From the NCBI RefSeq assembly GCF_947568905.1, contig NC_079164.1:27280001-27344000 (forward strand): DNA of 64,000 nt. The letters run 5' to 3'. This stretch comes from Ostrea edulis. Lineage: Eukaryota. Position 1 is the first letter of the stretch; every line of letters begins with the position of its first letter. The notes beneath the pieces are model-generated. The model made no database searches and was not told where the DNA came from. It saw only the letters and a program-made list of their open reading frames with translations. The position numbers were made by a program, and so were the translations under genes. This document shows, in pieces, positions 12,295 through 24,477 of this stretch.

Positions 12295-13300
12295 TTATAA
12301 TGGGAATGGATTTTCAGTACGATCTTGAAAGACAATGATGCAACCAATACGTAATCTTTCTACTAAAAATAACATATCCAGAACAATCTCGGTCACAGAT
12401 GTCAATGACAAGTAAACATAACTTTCTAGAACCATCCAAGTCAATTGAGTGCAAATAGTATTATACGTGTACACAACATTAGACTCAGCAATACCAGATA
12501 TTTCGCTGTCCACAGAACGAGTAGAACAAATCTTAGAATATCAATTATAACCTCTATGTTTCTATGTCTCAAAACATCAATTCTTTGACCCTAAACACAT
12601 TTGTAAACACCTTTTTGAAACTAGGGATCAATGATGACTTGGTTTACCTTGCAAACATTATACAGAACCAATATATTGCAGCATCTCTGAGAATTGTTTC
12701 GACATTCATAGAGTGGTTGTTTAGGTTTGAGATGGGGGTATTAACTATCCACCACTCCCAGGATGATTTTTTCTAGGGTTGATGATATTTTTTTTTTTTT
12801 AGATATTGTGTGTAGATTTTGACATACCTTTTTATGAAACTAAAGTTACGTTTCCTACATTTAATTCATTTGTGATGGTCTTGTCATTGATACAGGTTCT
12901 CAAAGCATTAGAATACGTACAAATACGTTAGATGACCCATTTCTTAATCTTACCAGCATTGCAATAAGTGAGAGAACATCCCTAATGGTTATACTTAAGC
13001 TTAGACTGAAATGCAGTGGATGGGAAGATAACCATCGCCAGCAAAGTAGTGTGTTGTGTTAGAGTTTCAATAGGCGACCTTGTTATATCCCTCTTTCTCC
13101 CTATGACACTGGTTCTCAAAATAGTAATATACTATTTAAAGCAGTTTAGTTTTAAGGACCTGGCAAATACAGCACATTTTCTAAATTCTACTATCGTGTA
13201 TGAAATGGTCCTGATTTCATCCAGAAATAAAAAAGCAGACAAATCCCATTGTCCGACCTCTCCAGAATCCCAGATAAAGTAGACTATCTATAGGTAATCA
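12295..13300 (+). pseudogene. decayed coding relic, possibly death-domain-like (copies at ~41100-42100 and ~60640-61420)
   Basis: Frames NTFLKLGINDDLVYLANIIQNQYIAASLRIVSTFIEWLFR and VVCCVRVSIGDLVISLFLPMTLVLK. Differences from the 60.6-61.4 kb paralog are enriched at third codon positions, but stops and frameshifts are present. Confidence 0.35.
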
Positions 13301-13349
13301 ATAGCATAAAAGCAATTCATATTGGTTGGATAATTGTATAGTGCTAACC

Positions 13350-13582
13350 GTCCCGCTCGAGAAGTTTTCGCTAATATGGAGACGTCACAATCCCTGGGGA
13401 AGGACGGTAAAATCAAGGCCAATGCTCGGCGCTTATGGCGTTTGAGCCTTTGAGCAGGTAGGGATCTTTATCGTGCTACACGTGCTCAGACTGAGTGCGT
13501 CGGTTTTTTAGGTCTCATCCGAAGGACAGTCCTCATTTAGACGCCTCTTTTGACAAGCTATCCTAACCAGGATCCCCCACGA
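13350..13582 (-). mobile_element. SINE-like element, reverse (copies at ~42155-42392, ~61490-61730)
   Basis: GGAGACGTCAC...GCTCGGCGCTTATGGC...GGGATCTTTATCGTGC...TCTCATCCGAAGGAC...GGATCCCCCACG. Confidence 0.75.
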
Positions 13583-15037
13583 GAAAAAGCAATTGATAGT
13601 TTAGTTGTAAAGTCGAAGTTATTTAAGGTTTTTAGGGCATTTCATAGGGTATATCAAATCTAGCCACCTGGTGCACCCACTATTACAAAGTTTACAGTTT
13701 TTGGGTTACGAACCCGTTCAATTATGAAAATACATGATAGATTAAAATGTAAAGACTTGAATACAAAATAAACATAAAATAACGATTTTACAAACAGATT
13801 TATAGCATGTGATGACAGCAAAATATTACATTTTCCCAGCGATATAGTGATGGACTTGCGTCATGAAACACTGTTTCATTGTGACGTCATATCATGTATT
13901 GGGTTACTACGGTGATTTTAATTTTGTCTTTAAACCATGAGGATGCGTATGCTATAATATTATAATAATTCAGATACGGACTATTTCTTCGTGGTATTCC
14001 AGCTTAGATTTAGAATAGTTGTGAATTTCCTGTGTAGAAATAGGAAGTGATGTGCGTTTATATGGATGACTTCAAGTGGAAGTATGATTTTTTTTAATGA
14101 AATATAGAATTTATGAAATCGATCACTATTCGTTTTCTACACTTGTTTATAAATACATTTTCACGTCCTCGTGCCGATGCACATTTATTTATGAGGGCAT
14201 ATCTAGGATTCATGTTACTGGGACCGGATAAATAAGTAAAAAGAATCGGAATTGTTTACTTGTTATTCTTCCGCATTTTTAATCATTAATATTTTCAGTC
14301 ATTGATGAGGATGTATTTTGTGGTAAATTTAGTAGTAGTTTTTCTCATACAGAACGTTAAAGGTAACTCTTTACAAGTGTTTTGATAATTATGAATGCTA
14401 TATGAGAGAATGGCTTTCAACAGTAATATGTTAGCACAATGACACTTCCTGTATCTAACCAAAGATATGACATTATTTTGACTATCTTGTGATAAAATTT
14501 ATTCTTATGTAGACTCTACCGTCATGCAAGTGATTTGTCTATTTCTCATACCGTGATTCAAACATGTTCAATTCATTTTATTGTGTAACTTAATGGATTT
14601 TAAATCGAATATTTCTTGCAAAAACATTTAGCTGAAAATGAAAATTGAGTTTGATTACAATGAAAATACTTACAAAACACGATTGGAAGTCAGATTTCTT
14701 TGGGTAACTTCAGTGGAACTCAGTAGTTAATATATAAATTTTCAAAATTAGGAAACAAAACAGTCCAACTTGATTATAAGACCGACGATTCGCGAACTTT
14801 AATTCTAAATCTTTCTTTGATTTTCTTTGATTTCAGCTCTTGAATAATTACAGACCAAAATCATTGTTAAGGTTATGATTTTCACTTGTTTCTAGGAATT
14901 CCAAGCAGATAAAGACATGTCACTAATAAAACAGAATAACATAATTATATCTATTCGAAGGTGATAATGATTTTCTGTTCAAATATTGTCTGTGCTTAAT
15001 AGTTATTTGTTTCATAATGGATTTTCCTTGATATTAG

Positions 15038-18000
15038 TCTATGAATGTTTCTGTTTTGAACTGAAAGGTTCGTTGATCAATTCTTCATGCAAGAAAACAA
15101 AAGACTGGAAGAACTACGATTGCCAATGCCCCATAAATCACACAATTTATATCAAACATCACGTCATCGAGGATGGTTTTCAAAGATTATCACCTATCGA
15201 CATTGTCCTCGGGTGTAACACCACGAACGCTGTGTATTGTGGTATCCAGTTCCCAGTCAACCATCGGACAGAAAGAAACAATAGTGCTTTTGCATCTGCT
15301 GTCAAGATGTGCAATGGCAAAAATCGGTGTAATCTGTCAAATGAATATTTTCAAACAATGGAGACAAGTCTTCGAAAATCCTGCAAAGACTCCAAACGAC
15401 CAGGGCTTCAGAATGCGTCATTTCGACAGAGCATTGTCTATGAGTGTATCCAAGGTAGTGTAATGAATGTTAAGTGAGAAATTTGATGTCCTAAAAATTC
15501 TTTGAAGATCTTTGGTCTGCATTTATCCACTTTTCTCCATGTTTGTAGATTATCAAGTCGTTGATACATGTGTGTACAGAAAAGATACCAGAAGTCCCCA
15601 AATTTATCTACAGTCGACTGGTAACAAGGGTAACTGTTCTTGTCACATAAGTGGTGACGTGTCACGAGTCGAAATTTTACAGACTGTTATGGTGGAACTT
15701 ATGATGTCTGACAATGGAATCCTTCATTACGGTTAGATGTTATCAATTCAATGTAAATAATCAAACCACAGATAGAAAAAAGCACTAATTTTAATACATA
15801 CTTGTAAAAACAAATAAACTACCTCTTTTGTTCTTTCAACTATAATTCCGTGGGGATCCTGGTTAGAATAGGTCCTCAGTACCCCCTGCTTGCCGTAAGA
15901 AGCGACTAAATAAGGCAGTCCTTCGGATGAGACCGCGAAAACCGAGGTCCCGTGTGACAACAGGTGTGGCACGATAAAGATCCCTCCCTAACCAATGGTC
16001 AGAAGCGCTGATCGTAGGCCTAAATTTTGCAACCCTTCACCGGAAATGATGAAGTCTCCATATGAGTGACATATTCTCCAGAGGGCGTTAACCAAATACA
16101 ATCAATCAATTTTTCAACCATGGTCCAGTTAGACATGTCATTACCGGTGATGGAGATATAGTTCAAAGGAAGGAATCACTTATTTCAAACTATTCTTAAT
16201 TCAGAGATTTCCGGTCTTTCACTTTAAACGCATCAAAGCAAGAGCTTGTTCTGCGTATAGTCAACTTTTAAATCGAGTTTAACAAATAAGTTGATGTAAC
16301 TGGGGTTTCAACAGTCAATATTTCGCATATTTCATGGTTGTTATAAAGATTTAATTTACCAATACAACCTGTTATTAAGTAAAATGCTGTCTGACATGAT
16401 CAAACTGCCCTCCTTCTCTCTCCCAAAGTGAAACGGATGGAACCAATGTAATCTCCCTTTCCAATTTACTTACCATTCATACATTTATTATATTACTACC
16501 ACCACTAAAAGAGTCGGGTGGGGCCAATCCGCCAATATATCTTATTTTGCATGTCAAAATAACTTAGTTTGCATATAGAAATAAGGAAAGTTAGACAAAA
16601 AAGTGTAGAGACAGCCCCCTGCTTCTATGTTCGTGATATGTTGGTATCTCAAGTGCATGTGAAGATTTTCTCTAGCGCGAGTTTGTCGACATTTGGTATC
16701 ATGAACATTTATATAACTTTTTAAATTAACAGCACCAGCTTTTAATTATTGTAGAGGGAGATTACAGGAGTTGGACTCCTTTCATTTTGGAGGAGGAGCA
16801 GTTGAATAATAGGCGACCGCCATATCACTGAACAATCTTGAATAATCGACTTCACGCGAATATATGTTCACGCATACGAGTTATTTCACCCTATCAAGTA
16901 TTCGCACAAGAAATAAGGCTGCCAATTAAATTGAGTGGCGATCACCAGTTAAATTAAGTGGTGGCCACCGTCAAATAATTTATTTGATTCAATCAATTTA
17001 TATGGCGGCCGCCAAATAAATTAAATGGCGGCTGCCAGTTAAATAAATATTAATTCTATACCCTGGCACTTATCAGCTACCGTAGGTTTCTGATCGAATG
17101 TTTTCGCTCCCATGGTTAATATTTGAATCTTTGTTGCCTTTGCATGCATACAGTTTTTAATTTCCACAAACCCAATTGATAAGAATCAAACTTTCTTGCT
17201 ATAAGTGTTAATGAGAATATCAAAGATTTCATGAATATGAGATAAAGTATTATCATCAGCAAAATGTATAACTTAAGACTGAGAAATGACATTCAAAACC
17301 TATTAGAAAGCTAGGGTCCCAAAATGAAGCTTTTGGGTTACACCTTCTTAATACGGTTGATTCCTAAACATACACGAGGAATTTATTATCGCGTAATTTC
17401 CCTAGATGCATCACTCGCAAAATAAATTATTCGCTTTAAAATACATAGTAGAAATCTTGAATAATCGACTTCACGCGAATTTATGTGCAGGCGATTTGAC
17501 GCATACGAGTTATTTCTCTCTATCAAGTATTCGCACAAAAAATTAGGAATCCAAAATATTGACCCAATTACTTAATACACCTTGAACATTGTACTTTGGC
17601 AGACTTTCTTCTATTTCTGAGGCAATCCTTTACCAATTGAATTACATTTCCACTAAACCATGTAATGCAGCTTTACAGTTTAAATTATCCTGTGGTAATG
17701 TCTTAGGTCGCAAAACTTTTCTCGAATCAACAACATTAAAACGTATGACTTTTCAACACTTTACTCGACCATTCCTCAAACTAAATTAAAGACTAGACTT
17801 TTTGACATCATAGATAGTTGTTTCTTTAACAAAAAGGAACAACGCAAATATTCCTATCTTGTGATCAGTCATCCAAAAAATTACTTTATTAAACGCCACT
17901 CTGATTCCACGCACAAGTACTCTGAATTTCAATTAAATAATATGCTAGCGTTGCTCATTGACAATATTCTCGTGGTCTTTTGTGATCAGGTCTTCCAACA

Positions 18001-19086
18001 GTCTGTTGGAATTTCCGTGGGCACGAATTGTGCTCCTTTGTTAGCTGAACTGTTTTTATATTCCTATAAAGCACAATTTATTCAAAAACTTCTACGTGAG
18101 AAGAAAATATATCTTGCTGTGGCCTTCAATTCGACATTTAGAGATATCGACGATGTATTATATATTAACAATAATGATTTTCATTCATATATCGATTCAA
18201 TATACCCCAATTAACTCGAAATAAAAGGCACCACAGAGTCGTCCACTTATGCTTCATACTTATCTGGACTATAGGTAAAGGAAAAAGAATAACAAGAGCA
18301 TGTGGGAGGATTTTGTGTATGGTGGTCTATATCTAGGCAGCGTAAAGTTTGATGCGATAGTAGAGGTCTATTTGTACGAAATACAGGGTGTAAACTTGAA
18401 AAAGAAATATGATGGAACACAATACAGACATTTCTCAATCTGATTTGAATTACTATAGGTTTACATTCAATAACTATTTATCAGGATAGAATTTGTTATT
18501 TACTGAGAGAAATAATTTTGTCACATTTAATTCATGAATGTAAATAGATATACTTATTTTTGATACTCTAGAACACCAAAACTACAATGTTGATTTATAT
18601 GGAGTCAAAGTTCCCCCTTCAAAAGAGAAACTGCTCGTGAAAATAAAGACACATTCTACAGAGAGTCGAGTACTGATTAAAGTAGCGGGTGAGTAGTCTA
18701 CTGGTTATAGTACCGGGTGAGTACTCTACTGGTTATAGTAGCGGGTGAGTACTCTACTGGTTATAGTAGCGGGTGAGAATTCTACTGATTATAGTAGCGA
18801 GTTAGTACTCATCTGATTATAGTAGCGAGTGAGCACTCTGCTATTTTTTCCAAAATGGTTTTAATTAGAGAGAGAGAAAACCGCATCATTTATTGCATCA
18901 ATTAATATCATAAAACACAATACGAAAAAAGGCAAGTGTAAATTATTTACATTTCTAATAAAAAAGACACTACTAGACTAAATTAAGAAATAAACAATCC
19001 GTGTACTAGGATGTGAATATCGCATCAGCGATCTGATAAGAGTAAAGACGTCGGTCTAGAGAGTTCATACTAGCATCGGGTTGGAA

Positions 19087-19125
<39 letters not shown>

Positions 19126-22100
19126 AAAATATAGAAAGTAGGAAAAGGTAAAGAGCAAAATTACAAAACAACGAGATTGTGAAATAAAGAGGATGAAAAT
19201 ATATTAAATTATAGTAATTAGGGTATTAAAAAGTGGATGGTAATTCGAACTACTGTGGATTATTTATTATAGGATGTGTGAAATTAATCACTATTCGTTA
19301 TCGTCATCTTTTCATTCTTTAAAAAATTGTTTTGAATTTATGATAATTGTACTCTTATTTGGTGACTCATGCAACTGATTAATGTCATTTAAGTAAATTT
19401 TTAAGAGATGGCTTTCAAATCGAATAAACTATTTAATGACGTATTGCTAAGATTGGCTTGTTATTCCGAATCACTGATAATATCAATGATTTCAAAATAT
19501 TTAAAGTGTATCCAGAAATTATCCCTATCTTTCACTTGATGTTTATCATTAAATATCCACTAAGAAAGCGGCTCCAAGACGTCCTCTACATTTACGCCAT
19601 AAATTCATCTATATGCATATATATTATATGAAAACAGAGTATTGGATCAAATCATAGCATTAAACTTATCATAGAAGCAGGATAATGACTGATATTTAAG
19701 GGTTTACAATTGCTTTTTGTTATTGTCTTGTTTTGTTTGCAGGAAATGTAACATTTTATTGTATGAAGGAAGAATTAATTGCCAATACCAACGAACACAG
19801 TCAGTCAATAAATTATTCAGAGAGTCGTTTAAGGGTTGAGGCATTGGAAGACACAGCTTCTTCATCACCGTCTGAACCAGATCTTAATACAGCTACTATA
19901 TCAGAACCGTCCTATTTGGAGGATGTTAGTCCCACTAAGAGCAGCATCACAGCGAACAAACAGGGGAATGGTGACAACTTGGGTAACAGTAAGTATAGTT
20001 TGCAGGAAAGCCTTCCATATAGAGACATAATGGTCATGATAAGTCTGCATTCAATTATATCAATGACATTTTATCCGAAACTTACATTCTATAGAAAATC
20101 CATATATCTTTTAAAAAGAGAATATGAAAAAGACGAACTTAAGACCTTGTCCAACTGGAATAAAAGTATAAGAGGAATATTAGCATCCCGTATTAGAACA
20201 AAAGTACGTAAATCTATCCTACTGTGTGTGGAGAAACTTCAAACAAACTGTGCCACAACATATGCAAGAAATAGTGTATATCAAATGGGGAGTATAAAAT
20301 ATTCTACAGAACTATTAGTAAATTTGAAATAGCAAAACTTTTTTTCAAATCAACATCAAAACATATGGCTTTACAATACTTTACACGACCATTCCTCACG
20401 ATAAACTAACGACTTCACCTTTTCACATCGTAGACAGTTGCTTCTTTGACAAAAATTAAAAAGGAACTATTATATCTAGTGAACAGTCATCCAAACAATT
20501 GCTTTGTTAAACACCATTCTGATTCCACGCACAAGTACTCTGAAGTTGAACAAAAATATGCTGGAGTTTTTCATTGACAATATTCTCGTGGTCTTTCATG
20601 ATCAGGTCTTCCAACAATCTGTTGGAATTACCATGGGCACGAACTGTTGTCATCTGTTAGCTGACCTGTTTTATATTTTTATGAAGCAGAGTTGATTAAA
20701 ACAAACTTCTACATCAGAAGAAAAACATTTCTTGCTGTGGCTTTCAACTTGATATTTAGATATACATGTATCGATGACGTTTCATATAATAATCGTTTTC
20801 ATTCATATGTCGATTCAATATATCCCTGTAAACTTGAGATAAAAGGCACCAAAGTCTTCCATATCTGCTTCGCACCAGATATTTCTTTGATATGAATATT
20901 AACGGCAAACTAACAACCCAACTTTGTGACAAACGGAATGCTTTTAGGTAATCCATCGTCAATTTCCTATATTTATGTAGCAATATTCCATTATCACCTG
21001 CATATGGTGTGTATCACTTTCAACTGATTCGAAAGGCAAAAGCTTGTTCCGTGTATGGCCAATTTATTTTAAAATCGAGGCAGATTACTGACAAAGAACG
21101 TAATGTGCTTTGTATATTGGAAGCAATGGAATACCTATACTCCTATTGCCCTTTCAAAAGATGAAATTCTTCAAAACCATGCTTCAGGTTTAGACACATT
21201 TAATATCCAAGTCAATGGGTCGAAAGAATATGAGTTACCGTACCTATACTGGATTCCTAAACTACATAAAACTATTACAAACAAATATACATTGCTGGAT
21301 CCAGTAAGTCCCTATATTTGCTCCTCACAAAAATATTAACAGCAAACTAACAACCCAACTTTATGACAAACGGAATGATTTCAAGTAATCCATCGTCAAT
21401 TCCCCATATCTATGTAGCAATATTCCATTATCACCTGCATATGGTGTTTATGTCTCTCAACTGATTCGATACGCAAGAGCTTGTTCTGCGTCTGATCAGT
21501 TTTGAAATCGAGGCAAGCTGCTGACAAACAGGTTGATGGTACACGAGTTTCAACAATCTCGTTTAAATCTCGTTTAAAGTCAGCATTTCGCAAATCTTAT
21601 AGTCGTTATAACCATCTAGTTTGCCTATACAGACTATCATAGGGTCAAATGCTGTCTGACGTGTTTCATACCAATTATTATGCCGTTCTCTGTACACTGA
21701 TTTTGACTACGAATAACTCCGTTTACCTGATTAAGATATAGGGCTCGTGACGGGTGTGACCGGTGGACAGGGAATGCTTACTCCTCCTAGGCACCTGATC
21801 GCACCTGTAGTGTGTACAGGGGTCCATGTTTAACCAACTATATTTTGTATTGCTTATAAGAGTCATGAGATTGATCACTGTTCGTTTTCTTCACCTTTCA
21901 TAAGCATAGATTATTGCCATATTTCTTTCTTTATTTTATCTAGATCCATCACTTTCTTCGTTCGAAAGATATGGTGGTCCTTTGACTTGGATTATCACGT
22001 TCCTCCTTGCTGTATTGATTCTTCTTGTATTTTTTCTGATCATCAAACAGAGGTATTCTTAAGATCAATATATCATATGCAAATTACCAGTAAATGATTC

Positions 22101-22463
22101 AACAAATACGTTTTTATACGTCCACTAATATTTCCGTTTTGTACTCGTGTAATTAGTTTTACTTATGTTCTGATAATAATGAAAATATAAAATTTCAGAC
22201 GACTGGATTTAAACACAGCGGTGATCCATGTAAGCAATGCGGGTGACAGATTTTTGCTTAAGCTCACTCCTCAACGAGAATCCAGCAACGCACAGTTAGA
22301 GATCCACAGAGCAGGATGTTTGTGTGATCAGCCAGAAACCAACGACATTCAAACTTCCGTACAGCAATATGAACCTTTACTGAATGTTAACGTCAATAAT
22401 GTCACACTGTATAGTGAACTCAGTCATACACATGAATACATTGATATTTTACAGGAAACATGA
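15038..22463 (+). CDS. Gene B: SUEL-like lectin domain / beta-rich domain / Ser-Thr-rich stalk / TM / multi-Tyr tail type I receptor (first exon unresolved)
   Basis: Exons 15038 (or 15068)-15454, 15549-15731, 18572-18688 (EHQNYNVDLYGVKVP...RVLIKVA), 19743-19988 (GNVTFYC + S/T/E-rich stalk, donor AAC A|GTAAGT), 21944-22052 (LTWIITFLLAVLILLVFFLII), 22199-22463 (...QQYEPLL...VTLYSELSHTHEYIDILQET*). All phases join without stops. Confidence 0.88.
15848..16110 (+). mobile_element. SINE-like element in intron of gene B
   Basis: Same family as 8670-8929; the copy at 44650-44912 is flanked by a TTTCAACTATA direct repeat (putative TSD). Confidence 0.8.
16225..16400 (+). mobile_element. PLE RT C-terminal fragment (copy at ~45025-45205)
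   Basis: GCAAGAGCTTGTTCTGCGTATAGTCA...TGGTTGTTATAAAGAT...ATGCTGTCTGACATG corresponds to ARACSAYSQ...MLSD. Confidence 0.7.
16560..17085 (+). repeat. interspersed repeat with ~24-bp tandem core (copy at ~45380-45902)
   Basis: Repeats of TTAAATTAAGTGG(C/T)GGCC(G/A)CC(A/G) and a shared end with positions 1-70; an ~90-bp internal segment (16837-16920) recurs at ~17455-17545. Confidence 0.65.
17590..18265 (+). mobile_element. decayed PLE reverse transcriptase fragment
   Basis: FQQSVGISVGTNCAPLLAELFLY and FRDIDDVL (RT motifs B/C); disrupted upstream. Confidence 0.85.
18683..18841 (+). repeat. 28-bp minisatellite containing the exon-4 splice donor of gene B (copy 48106-48264)
   Basis: About 5.7 units of TAGCGGGTGAGTACTCTACTGGTTATAG; the first unit spans the GCG G|GTGAGT junction. 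Confidence 0.95.
20200..21900 (+). mobile_element. nested decayed PLE RT fragments in the stalk-TM intron of gene B (copy ~49640-51310)
   Basis: EKLQTNCATTYAR, FQQSVGITMGTNC, IDDVS, LPYLYWIPKLHK and the conserved 3' end; frameshifted. Confidence 0.85.
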
Positions 22464-22495
22464 TTTTGTTCATGAGGTGATTTCATTAACGAAAT

Positions 22496-22605
22496 GTGAT
22501 TTTGTAAATGAATTTTGATTCTGTAAATAAATTGTAATTTTGTAAATGAATTGTGATTTTGTAAAGAAATTGTGATTTTGTAAATAAAGTGTGATTTTGT
22601 AAATG
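22496..22605 (+). repeat. ~19-bp minisatellite immediately 3' of the gene B stop codon (copy ~52128-52258 with an extra unit)
   Basis: Units of GTGATTTTGTAAATGAATT. Confidence 0.9.
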
Positions 22606-23103
22606 AGACATGGTTTAGTACAGGAGACATACTTTCGTACAGGATACGTGATTTTATATATAAAATTTGATGTTGAACATGAAACATGATATTAATGCCG
22701 AATTAATTGCACAGTATTGTATATTGTTTTTTCTTTTAGAGATCACCCGTGCCTAACAATAAATCTACTTACAATTCTATGGTGTCATTCTAGTTCTACG
22801 ATCTCTCTGTAGTAATTGCGTGCTGATGATTACTGACTGGAATTAAATATCAGCCACAACATTGATGATTTCGGCGACAGCCTCATTGAAATGCTAGCAA
22901 AGGAATGTAGCAGATTTTTCTTGTTTGCACTCATCAAACTGTAATGCTTCGTTGAATTAAAATTTTGTTATCAGTGCTCCAGGCTGAATGATTACTCCCA
23001 CATCTGCATTATACAAGTCGTGTATGTATTGGAAGTTATGTACATAATTGCATCGTTATGTGGATAAAACTATAATGCATTCCTAGCTGATATGCAAGTT
23101 AAA

Positions 23104-24477
23104 GATAACGAATAGTGATCAATCTCGTAACTCCTATAAGCAATACAAAATAGATTGTTGGGCAAACACGGACCCCTGGATACACCAGAGGTGGGATCAG
23201 GTGCCTAGCAGGAGTAATAATCCCTTGTTGACCGGTCACACCCGCCGTGAACCCTATATCTTGATCAGGTAAACGGAGTTATCCGCAGTCAAAATCAGTG
23301 TGCCAAGAACGGCTTAACAATCGGTATGAAACACGTCAGACAGCATTTGACCCAATGCAAGGTTGTATTGACGAACTAGATCGTTATAACGACCATAGAA
23401 TTTGCGAAAAGCTTACTTCAATCGAGACTGTTGAAACCCCTGTATCATCAACTTGTTTGTCAGTAGCTTACCTCGATTTGAAAACTGACTATACCCAGAA
23501 CAAGCTCTTGCATATCGAATCAGTTGAGATACATAAACACCATATGCAGGTGATAATGGAATATTGCTACATAAATATGGGAAGTTGACGATGGAGAAGC
23601 TGAAATCATCCCGTTTGTCATACAGTTGAGTTGTTAGTTTGCCGTTAATGTCTACTTTCATTAAAATATTTAAGTATGAAGCAGAAGTTGACGATTCTGT
23701 AGTGTCCTTTATTTCGAGCTCACAGGGATATATCAAATCGACATATGAATGGAAGCTATTATTGTTAATAGACAGAACGTCATCGATATATCTAAATGTC
23801 GAATTGAAGGCCACAGCGAGAGATTTTTTCTTCTCGCGTAGAAGTCTTTAAATAAATTCTGTTTAATATGAATATAGAAACAGGTCAGCTAACAAAGGAG
23901 CACAATTCGTGCCGATGGGAATTCCACAAGACTGTTGGAAGACCTGATCACCAAAAACCACGAAGATATTGTCAATGAGGAACTCTAGCATATTTTTTAT
24001 TTTAACTTCAGAGTACTTGTGCGTGGAATCAGAGTGGTGTTTCACAAGTAAGTTTTTGAATGACTGATCACTAGATATGAATATTTCCGTTTTCTGCTTT
24101 TGTTGAAGAAGCAACTGTCTATGGATGTCAAAAAGTGTAGTCTTTAATTTATCGTGAGGAATGATCGTGTATAGTGTTGAAAAGTCATGGGTTTTAATGT
24201 TATTGATTTGGGATAAATTCTGCGATTTCAAGTTTACTAAAAGTTCTTTAGAATTTATTAGAATCCACATTTGATTAACACCACTTCTGGCATATGTAGC
24301 GCCTTCACATCCATATGGAAATGCAGTGCCTAGGGTCGTGATCCGGTGATCTTTTCGTTGTCTACGAAAAAGGGTGCTTAATGTTGGATTGTTTGTGTGA
24401 TGGTAAGTTTTTTTCCTAAAATCCTTACCCTCATGGACAAGATGGAGTGGTCCGGTGCATTAAAATGTTTGTTATCA
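23104..24477 (-). mobile_element. best-preserved PLE-like retroelement copy (RT core with one in-frame stop); absent from duplication copy 2
   Basis: IKTHDFSTLYTIIP, GIPIGTNCAPLLADLFLY, FRYIDDVL and TTQLYDKRDDF...SNIP..AYGVYVSQLIRYARAC (PLE-type thumb region); ORFs 23863-24270 and 23413-23814 are in the same frame; copy 2 reads TTAAA|TTTCTAAG at ~52755. Confidence 0.88.

Noticed and set aside
18683-18841. 28-bp repeats as a CRISPR array
   Set aside because: Units are head-to-tail with no unique spacers, and the context is eukaryotic.
19989-20332. Continuation of the 199-aa ORF 19733-20332 as coding sequence
   Set aside because: After the GTAAGT donor at 19989 the frame runs into intron and PLE-derived sequence (EKLQTNCATTYAR).
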